A DNA stretch of 59,138 nucleotides, filler included, from Streblomastix strix (lineage: Eukaryota), in the NCBI GenBank assembly GCA_008636045.1. It is 3 parts of 3 records of this genome, joined end to end, with 100 filler letters (N's around TTAATTAATTAA, not from the genome) between each part and the next. Parts side by side here need not be neighbours in the genome. Positions count along the whole stretch, not along the records: positions 19,756 to 39,405 come from SNRW01000498.1; 2 more parts are not named here. One strand, given 5' to 3'. The notes under the pieces are model-generated. The model did not search any database. It saw only the letters and a program-made list of their open reading frames with translations, and had not been told where the DNA came from. Shown one piece after another: positions 23,960 through 38,087 of this stretch; position 1 is the first letter of the stretch, and each line of letters starts with the position of its first letter. The position numbers were made by a program, and so were the translations under genes.

Positions 23960-24540
23960 CTTAAGAGTTAATAGGATCATAAAGTAACCACTTTCTTCTA
24001 TTTATCAGTTATGCTTCAATTTCTTCAGCTCCTCCTTCTTCTTCAAATTGTTCTTCTTATCTTCTAAAAAGTAAATGTTGGCGTTAGATAATTGATTCTT
24101 AATATTTATTATCAATTTGAATTGGAGAGAAGAAATTTTTGATGCAACACAAAGCATTTAAAATTGAATCATCCTATTCTATTCCAATTCCACCAGATGT
24201 GGCTATAATCATCGAATTTGCACCTATAAAGTTGGCATCAGCATATTTCTCTTGAGTTGAAGTATTGCATAAAACTGAAATGCAGATTAAGCTTTTGCGG
24301 CTCCATTATCTCATATAGAATGAGTCTTTGCTAAGATAATCAACATGTCTGAATTTGTATAAGTTAATAAGTGAGAGAATAAACCCTGGTATTTATGCAA
24401 TGAAGTTGCAATCGAATTGCTACCAATGTAAGATTAAGTACAAATTCCAAAGATCATGCACAGTATCGTTTGACAAAGTTGGAGATTCTCCATAACTGAT
24501 GATGTTTTTGATAATTTAATCTATATCGTTTGAAAACCTA
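23960..24540 (-). CDS. Exon of a host helical-repeat (ARM-like) protein
   Basis: Open table-6 frame with IATSGGIGI and EQFEEEGGAEEIEAQLINR, similar to the tail of the adjacent large gene. Confidence 0.4.
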
Positions 24541-25259
24541 CAAAATAAAAGCGAGAAAAAATAAAAATTTTTCATTAAAAAACAATTAATATTCGTTTTT
24601 TATGATAATTTTAGAAAATCTGTTAGATATAATAAATTGTGATTTAAAAGTGATATTTCAGTAGAATTAATAATGTTGATGCGTTACAATTTCAAGATTA
24701 ATCAAAATAGTAATATTTTCATTATTTTAAAGATAATTTAAAAATAATGAATATATTTTTTGATAGATTATTATATTTTAAACACAATAAATCTATTTAT
24801 ACAATGTCATTTTGCTCAGCAAGAGGAATTTAACAAAAACGAGTTATATTTCTATTCTTTTCTAATATAAATTCAAAATCTCATTATTGAGATATATTTT
24901 CTCATGGTTTTCAGATCATATATAATTTTGTTGAACGAAGATGTTGAAGAAGAAGGCGGATTTGAAGATGAAGGCGGATTTGAAGATGAAGGTGGATTTG
25001 AAGAAGAAGAAGAAGCTGTTTAATTTAACAAGTGAAATAAAATAGATAATTGTTTATAAATTGCCATTCACTTCGCTTTTCGACAATAATATGAGGTAAA
25101 TTGTATTAAATTAAATGAAAATAAATAAATTAGCTATTGTATTTAAAAATTGAAAAAGTTTGAAATATTATTTTGAAGAACGCAAAGAGATAAATTGTGA
25201 ATATATATAAAAAAACTAAAATGCATGGAGTATTAAATAAACTAAATTTCATGTGAGAA

Positions 25260-28200
25260 AATATATATCATAGCAAATTGATCTTCAACTTATTCTTGCT
25301 GTTGATTATCATCAATCATCTGATTCATCTTCTGAATCTTAATGTACTGGATAAAGACTTTATAATTTGCTTTTCCCTTCAAATTCTTATTCATATATTT
25401 AAGAATCTATAAATATATAAATAAAGATATAAATAAAGATATTAAATATTATTGATTTGAAATTTATTATAATTAATAAATACTTATTTTAGCTGTTACA
25501 TATTCAATGTCTCTCAAAACATCTCCTGCGCTATCTTTAACTCCAAAATCTTCTCGAGTATCTGTATGATAAAGAAAAGCATTCAATTCTTCAATTAAAT
25601 TATCTTCTTCTATATAATCTAGAATCAATATTCCAATTTATTGAATTTCTTTTAAATTATTAGTTTTTTATAACATAATTAATATTGTTGACAAATTTTC
25701 ATTATTAGTGGTAATAATATCATCATCATCTGATCTTTCTTTCCCACCAGCAGAACTCATCAAATTTGAAATTAATTTTATCTCATTTAAATTATTAATC
25801 ATATATTTAATTACTTTTAATTCCTCACATTCATTAACTCCTTATATTAACTATAAATAGCTATATTTCATTATTGATGTTTGCTTTGTTTAAATACTTT
25901 CATTAACTAAATTGCTCAGTATATTCATTATTTTCTCAAATAATTTATTTTCTTATATTAAACTAATACCAATAACTTATTCTGTATGAAGCATCATAAC
26001 TCTAAGAAGAATAAATGCTGACGTGTCGTGATAAGATTCAAAATTAATTTGAGTAGTTTCATTTGTTTAAGAAATTAATGAATTTGAAATTGTATTGTGA
26101 TTTAAATTATTAAATGCAGAGTTGGAGAAAATGTATGGTAGAATATGAACAAAAAGGTTATTTTCAACATAGAATTATAAAATTATTTCATAGTTCATCG
26201 CATTAAATAATTATGAAAGAGCGAAGAATGTAGCTGTTTTGAGATTGGTGATGAAAAGTGAGTTTGAAAGTGAAATCTTGAAAATACAATTACAATTAAT
26301 ATGAATGAATGGTTATATATCTTTTAAAATTTAATTATATTAGATTAGAAATAATGAGTTGTGATAATCTGCTCCTAAGCATCCAACTGCAATGAGAATA
26401 TTTATAATTTTTTCAAATTCGATTTCATCTATTCCAATTTTTCTTTCCATTTCCATCTAATTTTAAAATTAAATTTCAAACTCTGGAAAAGATGATTATT
26501 ATAAATTATCAATGAATGATATTAAATTTGTATGAAAGATTTTATCGCAAGTGGAAATGATGTTGTTTTATACCTTCTGTCTCTTCAAAAGACAACTATA
26601 AGTAATTGCTGCCAATAATTTTATTCTCTTTTTTAATGTATTTATTTATTCTTCAATTTTTTGTTCGTTTTATTATGCTTCCAGAATCTTTTTCAGTGTT
26701 TTAATTATTCCAGATATTATGAAAATTTAAGTAAAGTGATTCTGTTCATCGTATCTGCTCATCAGAACTCCACGAACAGCTAATGACGATAATAATTAAA
26801 CAATTTTAAATTTCAATTATAAAGGTTAATCTTCGATTAAGCATTTCTCTAATATAAATTATAGGCATTTGCATATATCAAAATCAAGAAAATTAAACAG
26901 GATTTCATCATCGTTTCCATCAACAAGTTATTAGAGTTAGGAAATCTATTTAATTATGACATTTTCATCCCAATTTAAAGTAGATTAGAAAAGAATTGAA
27001 TAAATTATCTATTGAACAATTGTCATGGCGCCATATTATAATTCTTTATCCTTTATCTATTTTACAATCAATATTAATCTTTAGATTTTTTAAAATTATT
27101 TATTATCTTTATTATTTTCCTCTTTATTTTATATTATTATATTTTCTTCATCTTTCTTCTATAATTCAACTATTTAATTTTCATTTTTTTCCCCAATAGC
27201 ATTCTCCTATAAATCATTTTCAATTTCCTAAAATATGTATCTTTTTATTGATGATATCTAATTCATTCTTTCAAATTCATTCTTCCATCCCAAGAAACAG
27301 AAAACTGCTCGATTTACACTTAAAGTATTATATACTTTACTTTATTTTGTTCGTAAATCAGCATTTTATTCATTAAATTAGAATAAATAAATATAATCTT
27401 ACCTATTTATCATTCTATCAATTTAGTTATCTTATGTTAACTCATCTAGTTATTATCTTATGTTCAAATCCCCAAATTCATAAATTATGCTAAGAATATA
27501 TAGGATATGTTTCTAATCTTCATGTCCTTACTGTAAAATATTAGAAAGAATTACTGGGAGAATGTTATTGTTTATAATTCCAGCATGGTTATTTTTATTG
27601 AGTGAAATGTATTGAAGAATGGTAATTTCTATTTAAATTGATTATTTTTATTATAATTTGGTTTCCATTGACTATTTAGTTTATTAAATTATAATATTCA
27701 ATAAATCTATAGGTAAATCATTTCCAGCAATAAGAGTTGTTAAAATTTCAAATAAATACATTGATATTCTATTATTTGATTAATGATAAACGCATCTCTG
27801 TTCAATTGTATCAATAATTCCATCTTTATGTAGTTCAATAAAATAAGGGTGTTAAAAATGAATTGGAAAAATTAATTTGTGTTCTGAATGAGGAGAAATA
27901 AGAAGATTTCCAGAATTGATGATGCATATTATTGATAATGCTGATAATTATATAATTGATTTCTTTGTATGCTTCAAGAAACGAGAGAGTGTTTATATTA
28001 CTCCAAGATTATATAATTGTCTTTTTTGGGAAATTTCAACTTTTTTTATGATATGGAATAAAAGTTCCATTGGGTTTATTCTTGTTTATTCAAATGATAC
28101 ATTATTTAGATATTTAATTATTATCTAAGGAATTTCTGATTCCATTATCATATTCAAATAATATTATATTCCTTTCACAATTTATATTATTATTTCACAA

Positions 28201-29753
28201 GAATTAAGCATTGATTATTGAATTATAAAATGAGCTTCCTCATCTTATTATTCTTATTAAATAATTGCTTCTGTTGCAGAATTTAATATAGATTAACTTA
28301 ATGGAATTATTTTATCTTATAAAATTGTCTCTTATTTACTCACCCATGTTTCCTGCATAAAATTTTCATTTGCTTCATAAAGACTTTAAAAATTTATCAA
28401 TTGTTCATTATTATTATTCCATTTCAAAGTTATTTCAAAAATCATATGATCAAAAGAAGAATCCATTTCACCAAGAAGGCTCATAAATTCCATATTTTAT
28501 ATCTTACTTTTGATTTATTGCTCGATTTCTGATTAGCATTTATTTACAATCAAAAGTAGAAGCTTAAGTGCACATATAGATATATCTTCTTTAGTTGACT
28601 TGCTCAGTTTAATTGCATCGTCAATAAAGCAATCGGAAACTATTTCTGCTATGTTTGCTATAGATAATTAATAAAAATTGAAATAAAATGATTTATTTTA
28701 ATTAGTAATAAATTGCAAACATTCTTTAATCGCTAATCCACATAAAATTTGCAGAATATCAATTGTTATTTAATTATTATTTTCTTCATATATTCCTTTC
28801 TTAAGTTCACTAATTAATTAATGTCTCAAATTTAATTCAATATCCTAACATTATAAAAGTGTTCCAAGAAACAAAGCACTTTTTTTCTTCAATTCAAAAT
28901 TTTCTACATTAAGACAATTCTGTTAAATACTTAATATTATTCCTTAGTCTTTCAATTAAGAATAAAACGGATGTATTTTAAGATTATCTGATTCTTCATT
29001 TTCTGAACTAATAAGTAAAAACATCGATGTGATAGAATCAATTTTCACATCAATATTTGAATGCTATAAATATTAAGATAATCCAATCAATAATCCTTAT
29101 CCTTACTATTGTAATTAATTTCGTGTTTTCTCACTTTATAAAACTGCTAAAAGAAATAATGTATGATTTCTGCTAACTTTTCTTATGGGAATATATTTAA
29201 TAAACTATTGAAAAATTATTTTAATTTAATTATCTTCCACAGATTAAGGAATGCACTTAATGATTATTTGCAGAATATAACTGCAAAATTTTGAGAGCAT
29301 AAGACTATTGGCAGTGAATGTTAAAAGTTCCAGATCTAAAAAACCTGAAATATTACTAATAATATTGTCTTCATAGTGATATTTAGCTTTCTTCTTTAGT
29401 TCATCTTAATTTTGTTCATCAATTAGTTGAAAGTAAATTTCACCAATTTCAATCAATTATTCGCTGCATTTTTCAATCGTTATTTGAGAGTCATTGAATA
29501 TTTTATCTTTGTTGGAAATTGCTTCTTATAATTCTTATCCTGATTTGAAAAAAATGAGAGTTTATCTCGTTTCTTGTCCATTGTATTCCTAAAGCCAAAT
29601 ATTACTTTAGAAAAAATTAATAGTAAATTTTTATAATGTTAATATTATAAATTCATACTGCAGTTCACCAAATTAACAAAAAAATGTTCGAATTTCTTCA
29701 GATTTGGTTTCAGAAGGAAATTCATCGCAAATTGCACAGTTCTATCCATACAT
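25260..29753 (-). CDS. Large multi-exon host protein with an RRM-like N-terminus and ARM/HEAT-like repeats
   Basis: ATG at 29753 (MYGQNCAICDEFPSETKSEEIRTFFCQFGEL), then a short GTATGA...AG intron. Long Leu/Ile-rich helical frames. Could be more than one gene. Confidence 0.55.
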
Positions 29754-30932
29754 TTTTAATAATTAGGCAAATTAAACTTTCTAAATTATAAAATTTCAAA
29801 TTAAAAAAAATTACATTTTTGTGGCGAAAATAAGTTATAAAACTGTTTTATCTTTGCTAGCCAAACGTATTTCTTCGTTACGTGGATATTTTGTCATTAA
29901 AATATCACTATAAACCTGAATATGAAGGACAAATGAATGTAAATGCAAATAAATATGATTTCAAATGAAATTAAAGCTAGTATTTATTTGCTACTCGAGC
30001 TGTGTTGAATTTTTAATTGAGAAATATCGGGCAATTTCTGTCACAATTTTTCTTTTAAAATGTGACTATAAGTAAAAATAGGATGTAATTTATGAATAAA
30101 ATGAAAAATTAATATTAAAAATTGATTTTAAATATTCGTACAATATAATAATTGCTGTTTTTTTGCAAAATTTGTGACCCTGACATGAGCAGTTCTAAAT
30201 ATTCAACGAATAGTAAAAATTTAAATAAAATGTCTTAATACGTTATATGAAATATAATCTACGAAATAATAATGCAGATGCTCTACAAAATCCAGAATTG
30301 AAAGTATTTTCTAATTTATTCACAAATTGGAAGACTAACATTTATTTCGTAAAAAAATATAGTATTGCAAGAGTAATTGTAAAAATATCAGCTTTAACTT
30401 AAATTTATTTGTTTTTTATAACTGATTTAAAACTCTTTTTCACAATAATTTCAACGGTTACAAGATGTCTGGTTATTAAGGCCCAAATCCAAGATAGATA
30501 ATGCCTGTAAAACCAACAAAATGCGAAGATGATGAAACTGATATCAAGAAGTACTTTACAAGAGTTGGACCCATTATTGGATTTTTATATTTACTGTAAC
30601 GGTGCTTAAATTGTGGATTCATTTCCAGCAGCGATTTTTTTAAGCCGATTTTTGGTAACATTAGAAACCCAATCATTATATTCTGGGTTTTATATAACCC
30701 AATCATATCATAATAAATCTCCATTGTTTTTTGGAATACAGCAGGACCTTGAAATGGGTCGGATCCGACAAAAATCTACTAACAACTCGGTTTGTTCGCT
30801 CCTCAGATGAACGTACTAGATCCCCCCGCAATAGTAGTCGAGTGGGAGAACCAACAACTTGATTAGCACGCTGGTTATCCGCTACCAGTGCCAGAAAATT
30901 AACCTGCGAAGAGCGACGCCGTCCTGCCATTT

Positions 30933-31853
30933 ATGAAGAACCTCCTCAACTAAACAGCACGTACACCAGAGGAACAGCAGCACTAACAACAAATCGCCTC
31001 AGCGCAGCTTCTTATCGAGCAATACTACGACGAGAAAGTGGCCGATTATGACCCGACTGGAAAACACCCAACCAAGTACGAATTAGAAGCCTTGGAGGAC
31101 AGAATCTAGGCAACGCTAGGTCTTGAAATCAACAAGAAGGGAGCTGTCGAAAAAGCAGGCGATCTGGACTTGGAATTTGAAGCTGAAGTTTGTAAACTCG
31201 CAGTTGATTGTCAAAGAGCTTCCGCAGCGGCAATTGCAAGTCTAGCTACGAATGACGCAGAATCTGCAACAGAATGGATACTTACATCTCATCACTTGGC
31301 TCGTATCATAGCTGGTAAGTCACAGCAACGTCGAGAGCAAGCCTTGGCGCCTCCAATGTTCAGGGGCCTGCTGGGCCCAGATGTTAGCGCATCAGACGTA
31401 TTCGGGAAGAAGTCGAAAGAAAAGCTAAAAGAATAAGCTAAAACAACCAAATTAATTGAGCATCCAAAGGAGATCAGCGCCACAAATCTAAAACCTGTTG
31501 TGCAACCGGCGCAGGTAAATTAATCAACTCCTACCACGTCTTCTGCATAATAGTAGGCTCAACCACTGATATAAATTCTGCCGTTACCTTAGCCATTCAC
31601 CTTTTAATCATCGAATCTACCGAATCAACAGCAATAGCAAGGAAGTTTCAATAGTTTTCGTAGTTGGGGCCGTGGCAGAGGAGGCCCATATAAACGTGAC
31701 CGTTCTGGTAATATATACCCATATAATAACCCCAACTAATCAAGTCAATCCCAAAATCATCAGAACTAACTGCTGTCACAACTCGCTACATTCATGTAAA
31801 ACTAGGCGTCACCACAGACCCAGCAACCTGCATAATAACCGAAATAGGAATGA
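30933..31853 (+). CDS. DIRS Gag-like ORF1 (306 aa; frame is open further upstream)
   Basis: Open frame from ATG 30933 to TGA 31853, with a helical core and a Gln-rich/RGRGG tail. Lies upstream of pol. Confidence 0.8.
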
Positions 31854-31980
31854 ATCGAAGCTTCTTAGGACCCTCAGATTAACTAAGAAGAACAGGAAGT
31901 TGAAGATTCTGAGGGCTAGAGTGAGAAGGCATAATGACTAACCTATCATCAATCAGAAAGAAGTGCAGAAGGAGGGAATA

Positions 31981-33945
31981 ATGCCTCAATATAGTATGGA
32001 TCTTGGGAGAACATCGGTTCCGGATAGATTAATGGCGAGGCTGGACTAATGGGACAAAATTGGCGGTACTCAAATGATCATTAGAGGAGCCTAACCGGAG
32101 TGGATATCACCAGCAGCTCCTCTCTTCCTCCAATCACAACAATAACCACGTCAATTTCGAGGGACTTTAGAATAGGAAAAGGAATATATGAATCAACTAG
32201 AGAAGGAATTGAGCAGTGGAGTAGTCAAAGAGATGGACAGTGTACAGGTCTTTAACCCAACATTCTTGGTTCCGCGTTAAGATGGACGACTCCGAAAGAT
32301 ATTAGATTGCAGAAAGATCAATTTACTAACATAACCAGCGCATTTCAAAATGGATGGACCAGAAGAACTGAGATAGATCCTACAAGAATCAGACTATGCC
32401 ACGATACTGGACATCAAGGACGCTTTTCATCACGTGCATGTCTCTCCTAACCTGCAACCATTTCTGGGGTTCCAGTTTAAGAACAAGAGCTACACATACC
32501 TTGGCCTACCTTTCGGTTGGAGACGAAGTCCTCTACTCTTTAGTAAGACCTTAGCAATAGCTATCAGGGCAATACGAGAGAAATGGAAGTTGAAAATACA
32601 GAACTACATGGACGACATAATTTTAATCCACCAATCAAAGCAGCAACTCAAGCAGATGACTCTGGAGATCATCTCCTTCCTTTCAAATCTGGGCTGGCGT
32701 CTCTCTCCTACCAAATGTGTGATAACACCCAAGAAATGCTTTCAGTATCTAGGCTGGAGTTTCCAAACGTAATCAATGGAGGTAACAATGACTCAGACAA
32801 GAAGAAGAAGTATGAAGCATAAACTGAAAGAATGGATTCGAATGACAAACGAGAACTAAATTGTAACAATTAGAAGTCTTGCTTCATTAATTGGAGAAAT
32901 CAACTACCTTCGGTTCCAGTTCCCACAAATATCTCTCTGGATGAATGCAATTAATAGACTTAAGACAAGAGCTATAGCAAAGGGAGGCTGGGATGCATCT
33001 GTGAGACTTTAGAAGTAAATTCTGGGTAACCTCTAGACAATTCTGATTTTAATCAAATAGAATAAGCCACGCTAAATGAAGGATAGGACTCCAGATTCAA
33101 CATTAACAACAGACGCGAGCGAAGATGGTTGGGGTATGACTCTGGAGCATAATTAAGAATAAATAATGGACGCTGGTCAATGGCTGGGCTCATGGCACCT
33201 CCACTCAAGTAATCAGAGAGAGCTAGCCGCGGTATTACTGTCACTTAGATTGTATAAAGAAGTAATAGTGAAGTGGAAGATCAAATGTATACTACTGAAG
33301 ACCGATAATACTACAACAGAGTTCTCAATCCGCAGATGGAGAGCAGCATCAGCGATCCTACACCTTGTCAGAGAGATCTTCCTCCTCCTAGATAGTCTGA
33401 ACCTAACGATATAAACAGAACACCTGCCTGGCCTCTAGAACACGACAGCGGATGCACTTAGCCGACTCTGCTGGATCGGGGACTACATGATCAACCCATA
33501 CCTATTGACGGAAACACTACATTAAATCAACTTTCACCCTACTCTGGACGCCTTCGCCCACAGAACTAATAGGTAATTAGATCGGTACTGCTCTCCATAA
33601 AGAGACAGGAAGGCTTTCGCGATAAATGCTATGAACATCCCTTGGAAAGGGGAAGAACTTCTGTTACACCCCCCAATCGGACTAATTCCTAAAGTAATAC
33701 AGAAACTAATAAGAGACAAAGCTGCAGCAGTTCTAATTCTCCCTAGGTGGTGCCTTTACAAGTATAGATCAATGCTACCCTAAATACTGACCCAGGTAAC
33801 TCTAGGCCCATCGGAACAAGTCCTAATTCGAGGTAAATTTATGAAACAAGAGCAGAAACTTCCTCCAGGAACAATAGAGCTGATAAAGATAAGTACAAAG
33901 ACGGAGAACAACTATACAGATAACTAGCTGAATCAACCAATTTGA
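31981..33945 (+). CDS. DIRS reverse transcriptase / RNase H / adenine-methyltransferase-like ORF
   Basis: RT: LDCRKIN, LDIKDAFHH, LPFGW, NYMDD, YLG. RNase H: TTDASEDGWG, SSNQREL, KTDNTT, NTTADALSR. MT-like: LDAFA, HPPIGLI, ILPRW. No internal TGA. Confidence 0.95.
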
Positions 33946-34875
33946 GCCAAATTGCTATTGATACACTGATCGCAGATCAAAATATCGAGACATGGAGGAA
34001 ACGGAGAGCAGGGCTCACACCTCTTGCATAATATATCAAAGAAAAGGGTATAAGCGTAAAAGAGCTATTAGGTACTAAACCTGACATTGAACTAGTCAAT
34101 GCACTAGCATGGTACAAATCTCGCGGGGGGCCAAAACTACAAAAGCGAATGAAAAACATGAAGATGCATTGTGGAGTAGTCTTGTCTCAATTCTCACAAA
34201 TGAATGATGTGAATAACTCTCCTTTAATAAAGACATTTTCTAAAGGTGAAGGTTTACAAATACAATCAAAACCAAGGTATCCTACAATCTGGAATCTACA
34301 AATCCTCTTCAACTACATCAATACACACTAACCATTAACCTCAGAGGAAATCCAGCAAACAGCAATGGCTATGATTGTCGCCTTTTGTGCAGCCAGAATG
34401 ACTGAACTTGTTTAAATGAAGGTGTCTGAAATTGTATAGGAATAACATTCTATAACGCTCCAAACACAAACTTCAAAAGGCAAGTAAATAATCAAACATA
34501 CAATTACCTTCAGGAAACGAATTGGTAGATGTTGCCCAGTCAAAACACTGTTATCATGGACAGCACAAAGAGAGAAAGACTCAATAATACATGATCAAAT
34601 CTGGCACAACTTATCCAAGAAGGCTCCTGCAACACCACAGTACTGTAGCCACCAACTTACAAACATCATTAGGAAAGCTGGCATCAAGTCTCCATACACA
34701 GGCCCAACTATTCGCCATGCCATGATGACCCGTCTAAGGGCTGCAGGAGCAACATAACCAGAAGTAAATGCATTTACGAGACACGCAATCTCATCTAACA
34801 TTGTGGACATTTATTACAACAAACCTATTGAAAGAGATCTATCTGCATCACTGATATTGAATGAAGAAAGATTTA
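33885..34875 (+). CDS. DIRS tyrosine recombinase domain (frame open 31938-35537)
   Basis: PRYPTIWNL, CAARMTEL, CCPVKTL, GPTIRHA, FTRH and DIYYNKP. Confidence 0.9.
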
Positions 34876-35310
34876 TGAAACCTATATAAAAATCTATATA
34901 ATTACATAAATAATATATATTCATATATGTTAAGGAATTAAATAACATATATTAACATATCTATATATATATAAACGTATTTGCTGTAATTGTCTCGAAA
35001 ACGGCCTGGATATGGCACGTTCGTCCCCCCTCAGCAAATATTTATTAATTATACAATGGGCCATTTCATTTATAACAATTCACATGCCCAATTTATTTGT
35101 ATTTCCAAACATATATAGCCACTTCACATATCTATTTCATAAGCCCAATTTAAATTAATTAATTAATTAATTTGAAGGTGAACCACTTCATATATACATA
35201 TCACAAGCTCAAATATTAATAAGCAGTCGAAGATATAATATACACATATATATAAATAAATGGAAATGCCTAATTATAATTATAATTATATGATGAATAT
35301 ATTCAAATAA

Positions 35311-35424
35311 CTGTATTCCAATAAACGATGGAGATTTATTATGATATGAATGGGTTATATAAAACCTAGAATATAATGATTGGGTTTTACATATACCCAG
35401 AGTAATAATAATAAATCTCCATTG
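35311..35424. repeat. DIRS internal complementary region (ICR)
   Basis: 35311-35388 is complementary to the left end (30664-30741). 35389-35424 is complementary to the right end (35733-35768). Confidence 0.9.
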
Positions 35425-36433
35425 AGTTTAAAATAATAATAATTATTTATTACAATTACTTATATTTTAATATTCAATAAGTCTCCAATAGCCCGGAGTC
35501 TCAGTTCCTAGCGCTGAAAGCGTAGCAGAACTGGTGAATCTTGGAGAACTATCTACAGACGAGGAAGAGCTGGAAGAAGAACAACTACCATTGTGATGTT
35601 CGCACTGGGAGGTTTCCATCGCAGTTGCATGAAAACAATTTTTTGCTCAAATCATCAGTTATATTTTTAAAATCTCGTTATTCTTTTTTATCGGATCCGA
35701 CCCATTTCAAGGTCCTACTGAATTCCAATAAACAATGGAGATTTATTATTATTATTCTGTGTATATGTAATGTCTGGTATTCCTTCCTGCTACTAATGCT
35801 CGCATCTACTTATAAACATCTGACTGTGATTTTCTTAACGTAGCTTCAAATTAGTAGTTTCAAAATGATAATGAAATAATAGTTCTAGCTAAAAATTTAA
35901 GAGTTAAAAAAATTTTCTCTAAAACTAATTGTTTAAAAAATATTTAATTTTCTGGATACTTATCAGTTATAGGATAAAACAGAAGAAAACTTAACTTAGT
36001 ATTTAAAGTATATTATTCAAACAAAAACATCTCTGAAAAAAAGGAAAGATTCTTGAAATGCACCTATCGTTTATATTTCGATAATTTTATTTGGATTTAT
36101 AGTAAAATATGCGTATTGCTTAATAAATTTGCAAATAAATAAATTTGAAAATTCAGATAATCTACTATGCAAATTTTTTATTATTTTGTGGAATATTGGT
36201 ATGGTGCTATTTTAATTATGATAATTAATAAATTAAATAAATAAATAATAATATTTTTGTTAAGTAAATTATATTTATTTGATACTTTGTTGTATATATG
36301 TGAGGTTATTGATCTTATAATTTTCAAATTTTACATGTCGAATGTAGATCATACAAGCATATATAATTAACTTCGATATTATATTTTGTCATAAAATATC
36401 GTATATGCATAAAATATTATATCTTATGCATTT

Positions 36434-36551
36434 GCGGCGTCCTCAGAGCAGGTCCAGCGTCAGCGTCTGTCACTGAAATCTCGCGGTCGCTCGCAAATAC
36501 GTTGGTATCGCTCCCGTTCGCGTCCTTGCCGTCGACTAGCGGTTAGCTCGG
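36434..36551 (-). repeat. Fragment of the 19756-22105 retroelement-like ORF
   Basis: gcggcgtcctcagagcaggtccagcgtcagcgtctgtcactg...ggttagctcgg is near-identical to 21913-22030. Confidence 0.9.
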
Positions 36552-37010
36552 AGTAGTGGGGGATTGGAGTATTAATTTGGCATGTTAAAGATTTGTAAGA
36601 AATAAGATTGAGAAATATGTTAATGAGAAAAGTAATGAGAGAAGGTAGAATGATGTAGAAAAGTGGGTAAAATCGTAGGACAGAAGGACGGACTTGGACA
36701 CGGTCAAAGAATCCTATAGAAATTTGGGTAATGGGGAATAATAAACCATGCTTATACCCATGCATTTTTTATTATAATATCGGGAAAATTACAGTATAAT
36801 GTATATGATATTCGATATTCCTTGTTTCCCAGTGTTTCATGCTCTAATATTGGCAAATTATGTAGAAATGAATTTTATAAACAAGTTGGTTAATTATAAA
36901 ATAGAAATATTCCCAGTAAAATAGATATAAAACTATATAAAATCAGTTACAATTACATTTACTTATTGATTTATTAATTTATATGATTACAACTCCAATC
37001 CCCCACTACT
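36552..37010. repeat. Terminal fold-back segment bounded by perfect 19-bp inverted repeats
   Basis: agtagtgggggattggagt (36552-36570) and actccaatcccccactact (36992-37010). Confidence 0.9.
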
Positions 37011-37268
37011 ACAGTCTAATATTCTTGATCTAGAATATGTACAGTTATTGTCGTGAATAGTTATGTTTTTAGATGAATGATATGTCATAGGATATAGGTA
37101 ATAGTGATTAGGGATGAAAAACTAGTGGAATATTGATTTAGATTCTTAAGGATTGATGATTAAAAATACTTCTAGAGATCGTTACAAAGTAAATATCATA
37201 TGTAATAATTGACGAACTATCAAGTGAGATGAATAAAAATAAAAGTAATAATTATCGACATCTCATAA

Positions 37269-37916
37269 TCAATCGAGATCTCTAATCTTCTTGAATTTAC
37301 TCAGATATATCCTTCTACGTTTATTATCAATATCTCTTGCATTTACACTGATAGATCCATCTTTCTATTCATTGAGATATAGTTTACGATATTAAACACC
37401 ATTGTAGAAATAAAAATTATTGTCATGATAATACAAATTCTCGAATTAATAACCGTTATATTCTTCGACAACAATAGATTCATCATCATCAATTTCGTCA
37501 AGATATTCAGATATATGCGTTTAATAAACAGATAGATTCATAGCGTTTTAACTTCTGGAAACCCATCTTAAATTAGATATTCTATTATCTTTACTATTCC
37601 TGTTTTTGTGATCAACTTCATCATATTTTAATGGATTAGGATTAGTAATGTATTACAATGCAACAAGTCTATGGATAAGTATGGGGTTCTTTTTAATATG
37701 CACTTGATAATAGCCTCTATGAATACTAATTTTTGGTTCAAATTTATCACGTATTCTTCTAATTCTCCATGGTTATTCATCATCATCATCATCGTATCGA
37801 ATTTCAAAGTCATTATCATATTTCAATACTTACCATTTATCAATATCAGTTTATTAGGATTATTCAGATTATTCAGATTATTCGGATTACTCAGATTATG
37901 CTAAATCTTCAGTCAT
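37269..37916 (-). CDS. HNH (HNH_3 / I-HmuI-like) endonuclease, 215 aa
   Basis: IHRLVALQYITNPNPLKYDEVDHKNRNSKDNRISNLRWVSRSQN in an intact table-6 frame. Confidence 0.9.
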
Positions 37917-38087
37917 TATTTTTGTAAAAGTTTTAATAGCTTATTTCTATAAGAAGTCAATTATAATGAAAAAATAATCCAATAAATAATAATTAAAAAT
38001 AGGAAATAATCTTAGGACTTAGGACAGATCCAGGACACGTCAAAAATATTAAAAATAAAATTCAATAACAAGAAATATTAGTCATTT

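Larger units (their letters stand above)
30663..35768 (+). mobile_element. Full-length DIRS1-type tyrosine-recombinase retrotransposon (~5.1 kb)
   Basis: gag, RT/RNase H/MT and YR ORFs. Inverted terminal repeats at 30710-30768 and 35691-35749. Internal complementary region at 35311-35424. Confidence 0.95.

Noticed and set aside
24945..25015. 18-bp gaaggcggatttgaagat tandem repeat
   Set aside because: Three copies of a simple, probably Ser/Pro-coding repeat with no further structure.
36552..37010. Stand-alone MITE
   Set aside because: No TSD, and the interrupted retroelement sequence does not resume after 37010. It is better read as the end of a larger element, though a MITE is not fully excluded.
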